A program made the position numbers and the translations under genes. From the NCBI RefSeq assembly GCF_009914755.1, contig NC_060926.1: a stretch of DNA of 64,000 nt. The stretch is one strand, 5' to 3'. Under the pieces are notes generated by a model that saw only the letters and a list, made by a program, of their open reading frames with translations, was not told where the DNA came from and ran no database searches. The DNA comes from the human T2T-CHM13v2.0 reference genome, Homo sapiens. This document shows, piece after piece, positions 11,481 through 26,420 of the stretch (the stretch's first letter is position 1; each line of letters opens with the position of its first letter).

Positions 11481-14113
11481 GTTGTGGTATGTAACCTACC
11501 TAAGCTCTGGAATTTATTCTTGGACCAAAACATCCTTGGGATCCAAATGGCCAGGTCAAGAAACATGGTTAAAACATCCTTGTTCATGTTATGAAACAGC
11601 TGCTCAGCAATCCCAATGATGGACCAGAGTCATTGCTGGAAGGAGCCTCAGTGGTGATGTTTAGGAAAATTCTTTGCAAACGGTCTGTTTAGCAGTGACA
11701 AGGGGCATGATACCGTGAACAAGGATGGCTGTTTGCGAAGTTGTCTAAAAAGGTGACTTTCAGGGTCTGGGAAAAGTTCCTCTAACTCCGGAGTGAATCA
11801 GCTGGGTCATATGGTCATCTGCCAGACCACGCTGGTCTACTGTTGACACAGACAGGTGCACTCAGAGCTGACTAGAATATATGTGTTTTGCTGTAGTCCT
11901 TTGGTGGGTATATAAACACAGCTTGTGCCTGCCTCTTCCTTTGCTATTTCTCATACATGGTTTTGGCTCCAGGTATCTTTTGAATGAATAAACTGGGTCA
12001 AATGAAGGGTATATTGCTGCAATCTGTTAAAGAAAAGCAAATCCTAGTGCCAAGATCAGAAGAAAGTTCTCCTGGGGAGTGAGCCAATGTCACTGTCTTT
12101 GCTTGGAGAAATGTGGCCAATAATTATATCCAAGCAGTAAAATAGAACTTTTTTCCTTCCTCCAGCTGGCAGAGGGATTTGGACCACATCTGTTAAATAT
12201 TTATCAGTAGCAGATACTAGTTTATCTTAGTTTTATTTTCTTGCAGAGATCACCAGGATTTTTATCTCATTAAGCTAGATGGTATCAGTGAGACCTCATT
12301 TCTTTTATGGAGACTGGTGTGAGTTGTAGACAGGAGCTAAAGAAAGACTAACCCCCGAGCAGATGCAATTGTGCATACAGCGAGGATACTACCACTTACT
12401 TGCTATTTCAACATTAATATTTTTCCTTAAGCCTCTGGGGTTTGAACTGAATATTGGTAGTTTTCTCCTAAGATTTTGAGAAGGTGACTTAAATGGAAAA
12501 CTTCCTGGAATAATTTATGCTTTATGATATAAGGTCATGGTATTTGTAACTCTTTATAGTCATTGCTTTTGGTGAGAGAAATGTAGTAGTGAGCCAAGCT
12601 CAATGAGTTCAACATCATGCCTGAATTGTCTGATTTTGTTATAAATTAAACATAACCGGTATGGCTCCATGCTTGATTATTTAAAACCACCATACTTATC
12701 TAACTGATCACGCTTCAAAAACTCCACCTACTTGATTTCTGGCAAGAACATCACATGCAAAAGGAACAACATTTTTCCAATCTGTCCATCTAAATGATTC
12801 ATCACATTAACTTTCATTGCTGCCAAGCTTTTCCCCAACTGGGAGAATTTACTAACATGGATATGCTGAGGCATGATGGCAAAGGAAAGACCACTGTACC
12901 AGAAAGTAGAAAGGCAAAATTGTTGTTGCAGTCCTATTAAACTCAGCCAGGCATCTCTTCTGAGCCTCAGTTTCTCTTCTCTATACAAGTAGGACAGTCA
13001 CATCTGCTCCGAAGACTCCACCAGGCTCTTAGGAAGAAAAAATACATTGATGACAAACATGATGATATTGAAAACTACACTGACATTTGATAAGCACTTA
13101 CTTCTTATTGCTATTGTGCTATAAACTGCAAACATTGATAATTTCAAGCTCTTAAGAAATGTATGAGGAAGGCAGCAAAAGGACTTGATCAAGTTCCCAT
13201 ATATGGAAAGGAGCTGCCAATTCCAGAGCTTTGATGAACACGGCTACTGTAACATGTGAATGGTTTTATAAACTCTACATACATAGAACAGTATAATTAC
13301 ACAGTTAGAAACCTAAACAACCTTATATATTATTTTGTTAGATACATGTTTGATAGCAATGCAATTAAATGTTGAGTGTCTATGTAATCCAAGTCCTTAA
13401 TGAATCAATAACATGTCCAGAAAGGGTTGGGTTCAGGGAGGTAGCATTCAAGTACAGATTTTTTTTCTAAGCAAGGTGCAACAATTTGTTCAAGAATATT
13501 GGAAATCGCAATTTGATTCTACTTGTGTGAATAAATACAAAGGCATGTGGAGGAATTTAAACTGCAGAACCTCTAGTTATTATAATATATGCCCCAGACA
13601 ACTCTATATTTCATCTGTAAAAATGGCAGCAATGATTCTTATTCTGCTGTATTGTTATGAAGGCCAGCACTTAAGAAAATGAAGTTATGTACAACAAGGT
13701 TGAAATTTCTGTCATACACATGTGGAAACAGAACCAGAGAAGTTGCTTAGGGACACAAAGTCGGTGGTAAAGCTGGGGTGCTAGTGCAGGTCTCCCCATA
13801 ATTGATTTCCATGGCGATCAAGTCAGTTCAATCCAACAAACATTTATTTTGCCATTCTATGACTAGCACAGAACTTATTTCTGGGTTTAAAATAGTGAAT
13901 GAGACCAAGCTGGACACAGACATTAAGCAAGTTAAAAACAAATTGCAGTTTGATGGGGGTGAAGAGGACTGAGAAGTTTTTAAACACTTTGACCACCATA
14001 TCTCACATGTAAGGTATGAATAATAATAATGATAACAAAAACATCCAATTCACAGTGTTTGGGAGAAAGATCAGAAAGATAGAAAGTGCAAAAGAAATCA
14101 TGAATTTCAAAGT

Positions 14114-14173
14114 CATTTCACCAGTTTTTAAATAGAGAATGTCCATTTCACCAGTTTTTAAGTAGAGAATGAC
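14114..14173. repeat. 30-bp tandem duplication, 2 copies, 28/30 identical
   Basis: CATTTCACCAGTTTTTAA(A/G)TAGAGAATG(T/A)C twice. Confidence 0.9.
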
Positions 14174-14559
14174 GTTCATTTTCCTAGAACTCAACATTTT
14201 CTTTAGTTGCATATTTGTTGCATATAATTATATTAAAAACTGAAGGGAAAAACACACACATTGCCTGCATAGTCACGTGGTGGGTTCTGAGAGGAACCAG
14301 CAGGAAAATGAAATTATGACTCTAATAGAAGAACTGAAAGATGGATGACCTGATATATTCAGGGGTTATCTCTAGCAAAGATGGGAATCTCATTTGGGTA
14401 GTAATTAATTATAGGTGCCTCAACATTTTCATTTGTTATGATTAACTTAGTTTAGGTGATCAATCTTGCTTGTCAGCTCCAATAGATAGGTAGAATTTCC
14501 AGTCTGAGATGGAAATTATTTTGATATTAATCAATCTTTACTTGTTCTGAGATGACAGT

Positions 14560-15238
14560 TTTCCCCTGTTACCAAGTCCTGAAGCTCAATTAGCAGCCTG
14601 GACATTTTATGTATTTTCTACATTGGCAAAAGGAAAACCATGTATTATTTCATAAGAGTTGAACCTGTTGCAGAGACTAAAGTCAGTGTCTCTCTTCTTT
14701 GGCTATGCAAAACCAAACCAAACCAAACAAACAATAACAACAACCACACACACACACAAAACAAACAAGAAAAAACCCAACAACACAAAAACCAAACCAA
14801 AACAAAAAACTGCTAACATAGTCTCGGGCCTTCTCTTTACTGCTGGCATTTTCTTTCTTGCTCACGCCCTTCCAGAAACACTGGCTTCCCTGCCCTTCTC
14901 CAATACATCAGGCATATTCCTGTCTCCAGTTCTTTGCACTGGCCTTTTCTTCCTGCACATATCCTTTATGGCCGTGCAGCCTTTTCCCTTAAGTGCTTCC
15001 TGTCCTTCTTCCTGCCTCTGTTCCTCCTCCACAGCCCCGATCACTTTCCCGCATACTGTGGTATTTTATTTTATTTATTTATTTTTTTGGTTTATTGTAG
15101 GTCTGCTGCTATCAGCATATAAGTTTGTGAATTCTGGGGCCTCTATCTTTTCTGTTCTCTGCTGAACTTCCAGAGCTGGAACAGTGCCTGCCATGTAAAA
15201 GGCACTTCCTACGTAGCTTGTGAAAACATGAGTGAGTC
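14560..15238 (+). mobile_element. L2 3' portion with internal (CAAAA)/(CA) low-complexity tract (14710-14810)
   Basis: CACTGGCTTCCCTG..TCTTTGCACTGG..CCAGAGCTGGAACAGTGCCTGCCATGTA..ATGAGTGAGT terminus. Confidence 0.7.
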
Positions 15239-16161
15239 TTCACAGTAACTATGCTTTAGCATGTCATTAAAAACAATTTCAGTGTTGTAAGAATTAAACC
15301 TCCTACGAACATTTCTGATATGCCGCATACCCATGACTTGCTAAAGACACAAATGAGCACTTAAATATGACTTCCAAGAGATTGTTATTCAATTCTTGGA
15401 AGTTTCATTTTCTTAAATTTTATCGAAAATACTGGGTTGAATTAAAAATTCATAATATTCCTAAAGAAAAGAAAATCTTTGCATTTCTGAGTCAAATACT
15501 TACCCTTTTAAATCAGAATTTAAAAAATAAAGTCAGTTTACTCATCAATCAATTGCACATCTCTTAGAGAATCTAAAAAGGCATTTTGCTACGTCAAGAC
15601 TTGAAGAATGGGACCACATCTGTGTGCTCGAGATGCTTATAGTCCAGCTGCCTTGGAGCACCACTGAGCGTGAAGGAGGTGGTTTGTAGCTGGGAAGTCT
15701 GGTCTTAAATACGGTTGCTGCTACAAACTCGGTGAATAGTATTAGCCAGGTAACCTTTCCTCTCTAAGCCTCAGTATCTCTCCCTATTAAATAGAACTGG
15801 AGATAATGATAGATAGAAGAACTCTAAGTTCCCTTACAGCAGCAAAATGCTAGATTTTAAATCAAGAGATAATAAAACAAAACACATAGCTGGCTTTCAA
15901 TAAATACTTCTTGGCTTGAAAAAAACGAAATTATTATCTCACTGTAGTGGGAACAGGCTCCTGCAGCTGGTGAAAGACAATCCTCCTTCTAGCTGCTGAA
16001 GTTGAGCAGGTCTGCTGTAACGAGGAACAGATAGCATCAAGATCATTTCCAGGACTATCCTGGATGGAAGATCTAGGGAGGGAGCAAACCCACCTAGTGC
16101 CAGAGGACAAACACACCCCATTCTTGGGAGGAGACCTCAGAGGCGCTTTGTAATGTGGCTC

Positions 16162-16180
16162 TGGCGCCACCTGGTGATTA
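16162..16180 (-). promoter_or_regulatory. Candidate CTCF binding site
   Basis: TGGCGCCACCTGGTGATTA is the reverse complement of TAATCACCAGGTGGCGCCA, a close match to the CTCF core with its CpG intact, in non-repetitive DNA. Confidence 0.6.
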
Positions 16181-17769
16181 TTCCTAGAATTTTTCCTGTA
16201 ACTCCAAGGCTACCAGCGACAGACAAAACACCCTGCAAAGGATTTATCAATGCATTAAAGCTGTATGTAGTTCAGGGAATGGGAGCAGAATAAAGAGACT
16301 ATTCTGTCATAAGAACCAGGACAGAATGAAGCTCCAGAATCCCGTATATTTACATTTAAAAATAATCATTCACACAGCAGCTGAGACTAATTCTGGCCAA
16401 TGTAAAACCAAATGGACCCAGCTGTTCTCTGACTAGTTGAACAAGCTCAATCATTTCAATATCATTTTTATTGGTGATTTTAGTTCACACCAAAAAAAGT
16501 TGTACAACTCTTCAGGGTTGAAGCAGTGTTAGGCGCTGGCCGTGGAGACAGGGAGTCACACAGTCGCAAGGAGCTTGTATGCAGACGGGCTTTACACCCA
16601 GTAAGTTGAACACAAACCGGAGGACAGCATTTCTCATGTGGGAAGTACAGCGGGAATGTTACAGAAACGTGCCTGTGAAAGTTAACTAACTGTGGACCAA
16701 GCAGCATTGGGCATAGTCGAAAAATCAGAAATGGCTTGGCAGTGACTTTTTGAGAGTCTTCACATTTTGATGATCGAAAGTGAAGAAGCTCATTTACGGT
16801 GGAGGGAATTGGCATAAAAGAGCATGGAGGTCAGTTAGCTCAGGGTGTCCCCCACACATCTGGCTGGGTGTGCAGGATACAAGAGGCAGGGCTAGAAAGT
16901 TCAGGAGGGCTCAGGGCAACCTTAACCCTGAATGAAAAGGTTGGACTTTACTGCCTGCTGGGATGGGGGATGAAGTATTGGAAATTCATGAGGCAAAAAC
17001 CATGTGAATTCATTGGAAGGAAAAGCTAAGATTTTTACAAAAAAAATCTGTGATCTTTAGATTTGACTCTAGTTAAACTCTGGGAATCTCTAGTTGGGAA
17101 GAATATTGATCACACTCACACTAATACTTTAACGTTATTTATTTATTTATTTATTTTGGTGGGCAAATATGCTTCAAATGTCATCAGTCCTCCTTGGGAG
17201 ATATTTGGACACCAAAAGAATTATATATATATATGCTTAGTTAGGAGTAAGTCAAATTAAAGTGTAACATTTTTCATATTTGTGATTTTAAAAAACTCAT
17301 GTGAGTTTAGTTTTAGAAGAATCAAAGAAATTACTTAGGTAAATAAAAATGCAGTGCTTGTACTGAGTAGGATTGTATGAAGTCTGTTCATCATCTTAAA
17401 AACAGGCAAGGAAGATTTTCAGCAGAATGAGATTTGCTCGGATATTAGAATGGACACATGAGAATTAAGAACAATGGTTCCATTCACAGATTTTAAAAAG
17501 CCTTCACGGATGACTGGATCAAAAAATCTTTGTCATTTTAGATTTTGTTAATCTTTGAATGTTAATAATTTTTAAATGTTCTGTGAAAAAGGATACACAT
17601 TTTAAAAATGTATTTAATGTTTCATATTAACAAGTTATCTATGTTTCCCAAACTTGCTTTCAAAAAATAAAATTTTCTGGGGAACATTCTAGATCTCTTG
17701 AATGAGGACAGACTTTGCAGGTGAATTTTATGATCTAGCAATTTGGGAAAGCACACTGGAATTGCCTTC

Positions 17770-17920
17770 TTAAAATCCTCATCAAACAGCTGACAGTCAT
17801 CCCCACAGATGAGTAAATGATGGTTCAGAGAGGCTGAGTGGCCTGAGGTCCCTGAACAAGGTACTAACCATTGGGATTCTAGTGTCTGTCTATCTGGGTG
17901 ATTCCAAAGCCCAAACTCTG
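17770..17920 (-). mobile_element. MIR
   Basis: ATCCCCACAGATGAG..TCAGAGAGGCTGAGTGGCCTG..TGATTCCAAAGCCC. Confidence 0.65.
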
Positions 17921-18822
17921 CCCAATATACGTGACTGCCCTGCAAATAAAGATGATCTGACAATTGGGCATCTGTAAACATCTCTCTATACACAGTTCGT
18001 TCCTTCCACAGTTCAAAAGTCAGCATCTATACTGGACCAGCGGGAGGTAGGGAAGTTCAAGAGGTGGGCCACTGGCTGTCCTCTTACAGGCAAGGCCAGG
18101 TCTTACAACATTTGAAGGCCCAGGGATGTGCATTGGTTTGTCTGGTTAGCTAGTGGATTACAATGGAAAACCTCCAGCCCCTAGACTTTGCTCACGACTC
18201 CCACAGCTGATCTTCAAAGAGCTACAGGAAGAAAGCACCAGCACTTCCACCTCTCAAATCAGAGCATGGATGAAGCAGGCTGATGCTCCCAAGCCGGCAT
18301 GCCCATGCAAGCTGATTTCTTATGACTCACACAATAGAACTGCATGGTTGCCATTTAGCAATAGCACTTTTTCAAATAGGATATTCAGTTAATTCTGTTT
18401 TGGATTATATCACCCCTGAGAACTACAAGGAATTAACATATCTTTCAAAGATGAGAATAGAAATAAATTAGAATAGGAATGTGTTCTCCATTCTATAGCA
18501 ACGTAGAATGCGTATTCTCAAGGCTAAGAAAAGACTAGCACGTCTCTACTTTATATTACTTGGGTTGACTAATGTAGTCTTGCATATCCTGAAGGATCAA
18601 ATGCAAAGTGTTTAAAATGAATTAATGTGTATGTGATAGACTGAAATTCTTCTCTCCTGCTATAGTTCTGGACAGAACACCCTCAGAGTTGGAGGAGCTG
18701 AATTCTGACCAGGTGGCAAGTGAAGTTAATGGACTAATTAAAGGAATTATTTGAAAAGTAATCCTACAGAGGACACTTATTCAGTTCTGAAGCAATCACA
18801 TCAGTAGACCAAAGGGATAGAA

Positions 18823-18851
18823 ATATGTATATATATATATATTCATGTGTA

Positions 18852-18905
<54 letters not shown>

Positions 18906-19072
18906 TTTTCTGATATCATTTAATGACCTAAGTGTCCAAACTAAGCTAACTGGTTGGTCAGATAGTGTTTCAACTAAAAATATACATATGTGTGTGTATA
19001 TATATATGTGTGTGTGTGTGTGTATATATATGATTTCTATATATATATGATTCTCTCTCTATATATATATGA
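18823..19072. repeat. (TA)n/(TG)n microsatellite pair with an ~85-bp unique spacer
   Basis: Directly visible in the sequence. Confidence 0.9.
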
Positions 19073-19102
19073 TTACTATGTACCAATATGTTTACGTAAC
19101 AT

Positions 19103-19140
19103 ATTACGTATTGTGAATCAAATTACGTATTGTGAATCAA
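19103..19140. repeat. Perfect 19-bp tandem duplication
   Basis: ATTACGTATTGTGAATCAA twice. Confidence 0.95.
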
Positions 19141-19569
19141 AATATTTTTGTACCATTACCCAATAAATGTTAATTTTGCCAAATGGATCTCATAGAGAAT
19201 CTTTTCTTAGATTGCTTAGGTCCTCAGTTACGTTAACGTCGATCTGGCTTTGATTCACTGTAATTTCCTTAAAGGATAGTCACTGGAGTCCACATAGAAT
19301 GAAAGCAGGGAAAGGGCAGGAGCTCAAGGTCAAATTCTTTGCAGAAATCCTTTGTCAAGTAAATAATGCAGTGTTACCCTGATCCATGATGGATTTTTGG
19401 CTTTTTTGTGGAGGACAGAGGGGAACGTGGAACTGAAAAGGTGGCTCTTCAGCACAAGAGCATTCTCACCGGTTCCACTGCCTGCTGGAACCTCGGCCTG
19501 CCCTGACTTCGTTCCTCAGACAACCACAGAGTTCAGCACTGTAGACCCCAAGCTGTTGCCCAGCCTTGC

Positions 19570-19805
19570 TGTGATGTGGTGGAAGGAGCCCACACTGTAG
19601 CCCCAGGTGGATCTGGTGTTCACTGTGCAACTGGCTATCAGATTTGAACAGGACTTGATGAAACGTTCTTAACCCCTTTGAATGTATTTTCTGATCTATA
19701 AAGAAGGGATAATGATGATGATCTCACAGGATTTTGAAGAGGATTTGAAATAATATATGTAATACGTCTGGCAGGGGCCTGATCCAAGGTAGGCACTCAA
19801 TGTTG
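19570..19805 (+). mobile_element. MIR, near full length, followed by degenerate (CA)n at 19815-19862
   Basis: GTGGTGGAAGGAGC..ATCTATAAAGAAGGGATAATG..TCTCACAGGATTTTGAAGAGGATT..GTAGGCACTCAAT. Confidence 0.75.
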
Positions 19806-20594
19806 TGTTTCAATCACACACACACAAGTGCGCACACACAACACACATACTCACACACACACCTCCAGAAAGACAACAGACTGAGGCTTTCTTCCCCCAT
19901 TCCCATTGATATTGTTGCTGCAATAACTTTATTCAGTAGATCAGAACACCAATGTTTCCTCGAGAATTGTGCACCTATTTTCTTATTTCTTATAACTAAG
20001 GAAATCAAGGAGGGTGACTCCTCTGGGAGAAAAAAGGTATGTGAACAATTGCTAAACCAGAGGGCATTTTTAAGTCATCTGCCTTACTGCTATCCTTTAT
20101 CAGCAGAGACCTTAACACTTTTATTACTTGTTCTCAGTGATGAAGTTGTAGGGTTTTTTGTTTTGTTTTGTTTTGTTTAACATCTCCCCTTCTGGATAAA
20201 AGTTGTTTCTATTTAAAGACACTCGCAGTGTGGTTGGATGTTCATTGAACATTGGCAAGGTGCATAGCACTTTTCAGATGCTAGCCTTAGGTTGCTGAGG
20301 GGAAAGCTTGTAGCGAAGACCCCTATTGTCTGTCAAGCGGTCATCAAGCCAAAAGGTGGTGACCAACCTACAATCCTCACTGGTATTTGGGGCCTGTTTG
20401 GATGTTGGTTGTACAGCCCTATTTCATTTTTCTTCTACCTAGTTAGAGATACTTTCTATAAAGCCTAGGTCTGTGTGACCTTCCTGGTCTCTTTGCTCTG
20501 GATTTCCCCAGAGGTTTGCAGTCTCTTTCCCATCTGCCTGGAATAGGATCCTTCTTGCCCTGCACCTGCTTAGACTTGGTTTCTTAAAAAAATA

Positions 20595-21990
<1,396 letters not shown>

Positions 21991-22097
21991 TCTGATCATT
22001 GAACCCCGTGGCTCACTGCTTCTGGCCGACTGTCTCCCATATCTAACTCTCCTCTTCTTTCCTGATGTTCTAAGATGTTCTAATCCATGTCAAATAG

Positions 22098-22545
22098 TGT
22101 TATTTGTTGACTAGCATCCATTGTTCATTTTCTTCCTTGTTGACAGAAGCCCAATTTTGTTCAGCTATCAGATGAGTAGGAGGATATAAAAGGAAGGAAG
22201 GTGCTTCACCCAGTCCTAATAGTCATGCTTAGTATAAACCATTCATGTCATCACGATTATCTTATGAAAGTATAAGCTAAGCTCACTAAATAATGGTACA
22301 TGAAGGTCCATCTGTGGAGGCCTATTTTTCTCTCTCTCTATGTTGCTTCTTTCTTCCCCTTGTGAAGCTTCCATGAAGAGCTTTTGCTCAGTGCTGTAGT
22401 TTGCTTGGTGTTGTATCACCACCAATTTATAACCGTGGAAGAAAGATCAAGAGTCACAAAGACACCCACCCCAGATCCTAAATTGAGTTAACAAGCCTGG
22501 ATCATCTGTCTTCAAATATCTAAGTAAGCATGGATGCCATTGTTG
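22098..22545 (+). mobile_element. Old MLT1-type LTR, degraded
   Basis: TTCTTCCTTGTTGACAGAAGCCCAATTTTGTTCAG start typical of late MLT1 LTRs. Confidence 0.5.
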
Positions 22546-22769
22546 GTCAGGGGTGCTCCTCCTTTCATCTCTTCCCCACAGCCTTCTGTGCACTGACTGA
22601 TGCTAGGTCCTCACTTTGCCCCTCCCTGAGCTAGGGCTCTAAGCAGCGTGGCAGCTACAGCCTGAATGCTGCTGGCTCAAGTGAGAAGACTTGAAAACTG
22701 ACTGCGAATGGTTTTCTGCTATTAAAATGTACTGAAATGGATACTTTTTATTTGTAATAGCATTTTCTC

Positions 22770-23200
22770 TTCTAACTACACAAGAGGTTGGTTTTATTAG
22801 TCCTATTCAGGAGATTAGAAAATTGAGGATTAGAGAGTTTACGTGACTTGCCAAAAGCGTCATAGCTTGTGAGGAATACGAGGTTTATTTGGTTATGAGA
22901 TTCATTTTACATATTTACATATTTTATCTGACCTGTGTGATAAGAATAAAATCTAAATACCTAACATGGTTTATAAGATCCTACGTGATCTTATCTCTAG
23001 TCATCCGCTCCCACCAATAATTTTTACTTAAAATTCTCAAATATTGGAAGCTACATCTCCTTTCTGGATCTTTTCTTATGCTGCTCGCTCTGTCTGGAAT
23101 GTTCTTTCTCTTCTCTTTCCCTGGGTGAATGCTCTTTTCTTTAGAACAGTGCTAAGACATTGCTTTCCCTCAAAAGCATTCCCTGTTCCTCATATCATTA
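22770..23200. mobile_element. MIR (minus, about 22770-22900) followed by an L2 fragment (plus, about 22930-23200)
   Basis: AAAATTGAGGATTAGAGAG..GTGACTTGCC; AATAAAATCTAAATACCTAACATGG..TCTGTCTGGAATGTTCTT. Confidence 0.55.
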
Positions 23201-25449
23201 GGGCACATCCCCTACTGTATTTAAGTACTTCAAAGTGTGATCGATGGTCTGTATCTACCCTTATTCATGGGAGCCCATCCCATTTAACCTGTGTTTCCAC
23301 TCCATATACTGTATCATAAACTTTAGCGCTTGAGGCAGGGAATTTACAATTTTGAAAGCTTCATTGATAATTTTAATGCATATTCCTGATGACAAATAAG
23401 AATATTATGCAATGAAAAGTATTAGTTGAGTGAATGCCTGGCCGGTTCCTTGATCAGTAAGCAAAAAACCAAGAAAAAACAAAAATAAAGTAATATAAAA
23501 TGTTCGGTATCTTTCAACTAGTTATACAGACTAATTCATTTCAACCGCAATCATTGAAGCCATGTCTATTGCCTAGAAGTTCATAACTAAACAACAGAAA
23601 CCAAACACAAATTAGCTAGGAGTATCCACAAGTATTCCAATTCCTGAAGGTTTGATGAAAATATTCCATTTTGAGTCACACAAACAGTTCACAAAAGAAT
23701 TATGTCTGTTTCTGTATGAATTTCTATGATCCTTGACGAAGCACAAAAATTATATACTTTTCTCAGAGTTTAGAAGAATTGCTGATTTAAGAAAAGGAAA
23801 GCAGTAGATTAGAATAAGAATGAGTGTGCCTCTTTAAATAAATCACACTTTATTCAAAATGCTGCTTTTATTTCTGATAAAATCACTTGTGGAATATGTG
23901 TGTGTGTGTGCGCGCACATGTGTGCGTACACATATTTCCTCTGTGTGCATGTGTGGTTCATTTCCTATGAACCAGAGTTGTCTTGGAGAAATAGGAGTTT
24001 CAGAAAGGAGAAAACAGGTCAGCAGTAGATATCTTGCCTCAGGGCAGAGAACAAAGAGCAATTCCAGATGGCATCCTGGAGATGGGAGAGGAAATTCACT
24101 AATAATTATAGATTACAGGGATAAACATTGACTCTATTGAATATCCTGGCAAAACAGATCCCTTTAATAGACAGTCAGAGATTGTGCTGATACTTTAAAA
24201 TAATGGAACTTAGACATACCTGGATAGAAAGAAGAGAAAATGCTCTGAACTTGGAGAAAATTGATTTTATTTTTTTATTTACAGAGCTACAGTTTGAAGA
24301 GAGAAGCAAAATTGAAAAATTAATGTTAAAACTGACATTAAAAACTTCTATTTTTAAAGGTGAATTAAAGTCTTAAAGGAATCTGAAAGTACAGTGAAAA
24401 GAGATTGAAATAATATGGTAGTGTAAACTCAAAATATCAATATACTGTGATAGAAAGGACAAAGAATTTGGAGTTACTGAGACTGTAAGTTAAAGCCTGC
24501 TCTTATCTGTTAACTGGGACATGATACTTGAGTCTTAGTGCCCTCATTTGTACTGATAACAGTTTATTATCTTTTCATTTTTTTCAGATTTGAATAAGAG
24601 ACCATAAGTAAATTTCCTGAGACAGGATCTCAAATCAATTTTTTAAAAATCACAATTATATATTACTCTGAACATACAATAAGAGGGCTCCGAAGCAAAT
24701 TTCCTAACAGTGAAAAATTGGTTTGATTTGGTCTTTGAAATTGCCAGCTGCTGTCAGAGCATTCTGGTCCTTGAACAAACACGCATAAAGTGTTTTCCCT
24801 GGTGCTAGGAAGTGTTCATTGAAAAACAGCTGTTGGCATCTGAATACATTACATATGATGCTAACAAGACCTTACTTTTGTATAATACTTTACACTTCTT
24901 TTAAAGCACTTTGTTTAATTTCATCTACAAAGGAAAGGCATTATTTCCCTCTCTAACAAATTTAGAAATGGATACATCCATTAAGGGGTAATGCAATTTC
25001 CCAGTCAAGAAACAGTTTAAGTATTTGTTAGACTGTCTTGATGTCACAGTTTCTGGCTTTTAGAATTGTGTTCCAGGGTAGTGTGACAGAGGCTTGTGGT
25101 TGGATAATATTGTGGGGAGAGATTCCCTAGTACTCAGAACCTTTCTAAATGCAAGACAATGGATGACCCTCTGAAAAATGGGATTAGACCATGAGAGCCA
25201 AAGTAAATCACTCTGAGACACAGCAGGTCTCCACTACAATGGCTCTCTGAGAACTGAAGGCAGAGCAGTGAGATTGAGAGAAGTCTCTTGATACACAGAA
25301 AGCTAGTGGAGAAAATATAAAGCAAAGAAAATTGCATGGTAAGCAAACAGCTGGCAAGCAGAAGATAGAGGTGAATAAGTATTTTCTATCAGCCTTCAAG
25401 GCTGATAGCTAAGGCGAAAAAACAAAGAAATCTCCAGAATCTTGTTGGG

Positions 25450-26420
25450 ATAATCGCAATGTCATGCCAAGTGAAAAGTTTAATTCTGCCTTTGAAATAT
25501 TTGAAATGATTTGAGAACTAGTCAGTGCTGCAGCAAAGCTCAGACCTAGCTTCAGTGCAGATTAGATTCACCTAGCCACTGCCTTGACAACCTAACAGAC
25601 GGTCATGTACTTCTTTGGAAGATAAATATTATTTTCTTCAGGTCTGTACTGTTCTCTTACATATAATCCTTAGCACACAGATATAAACAATGAGAAAAGC
25701 AAAAGAGATGACAATTGCAACCCACAATTAAGATAAAATATAGTCAAGTCAATACAAGCAGGACCAGAGTTGGACTAGAGGCAAGAATGATCAAACAATG
25801 ATGTTGAAATCATCAAGATAATTACTTTAACAAATACAGTGGGGAAGAAAGACAAGAGTGAAGAAATAGGTAATTTCAGCATATCCATGAAAATATTATT
25901 CATAAAATTAAAACACTAGGAATGGAGAACCCAATATCAGAAATAAAAAGGTCATTGGGTGGGCTAAAGAGCAGACAGGACATGAAAGGAGAACATACTA
26001 GTGAATTTGAAGACCAGTCATGATAACATCTGAGAAGGTAGTACCTAAGAAATTTCGAAATTGAAAGATAACAACCCCCAAATCCAAGCAGTTGACCCAA
26101 GCACAATAAATACAAAAAAAAAAAAAAAAAATACCCAGGAAAAGCTTAGTCAAAACTCGGGGGGAAATGCAAGATATAGAAATAGTCTTAAAAGCAGCCA
26201 GAAAGGAAAAATAAAAACACGAAAGAAGACAGCTTACATAAAAGGACAAATAATAAGAGTGATAGCTAAATTATCGTAAGAAATCATCATGAATAGAAGA
26301 CAATTGAATGGTATGTTTAAAATGCTGAGAAAAAAATGAACTTTCAGCCTAGGACTTATATAGTGAGAATATCTTCCATAAATATATAAAGAAATATAAG
26401 TTTAAAACAGAAACACACTA
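25450..26420 (+). mobile_element. Old L1M (or HAL1-like) 5' region and ORF1 remnant
   Basis: GTGAATTTGAAGAC..CTTAAAAGCAGCCAGA..GTTTAAAATGCTGAGA ORF1-like text; continues after Tigger2 at 29092 (ATCACCAGCA). Confidence 0.7.

Noticed and set aside
14659-15165. 168-aa ORF
   Set aside because: It runs through (CAAAA)n low complexity and an L2, with no domain or splice support.
18901-18985. Unique spacer in the 18.8-19.07 kb microsatellite as a fourth templated insertion
   Set aside because: I found no convincing nearby donor by eye (only matches of about 8-9 bp).
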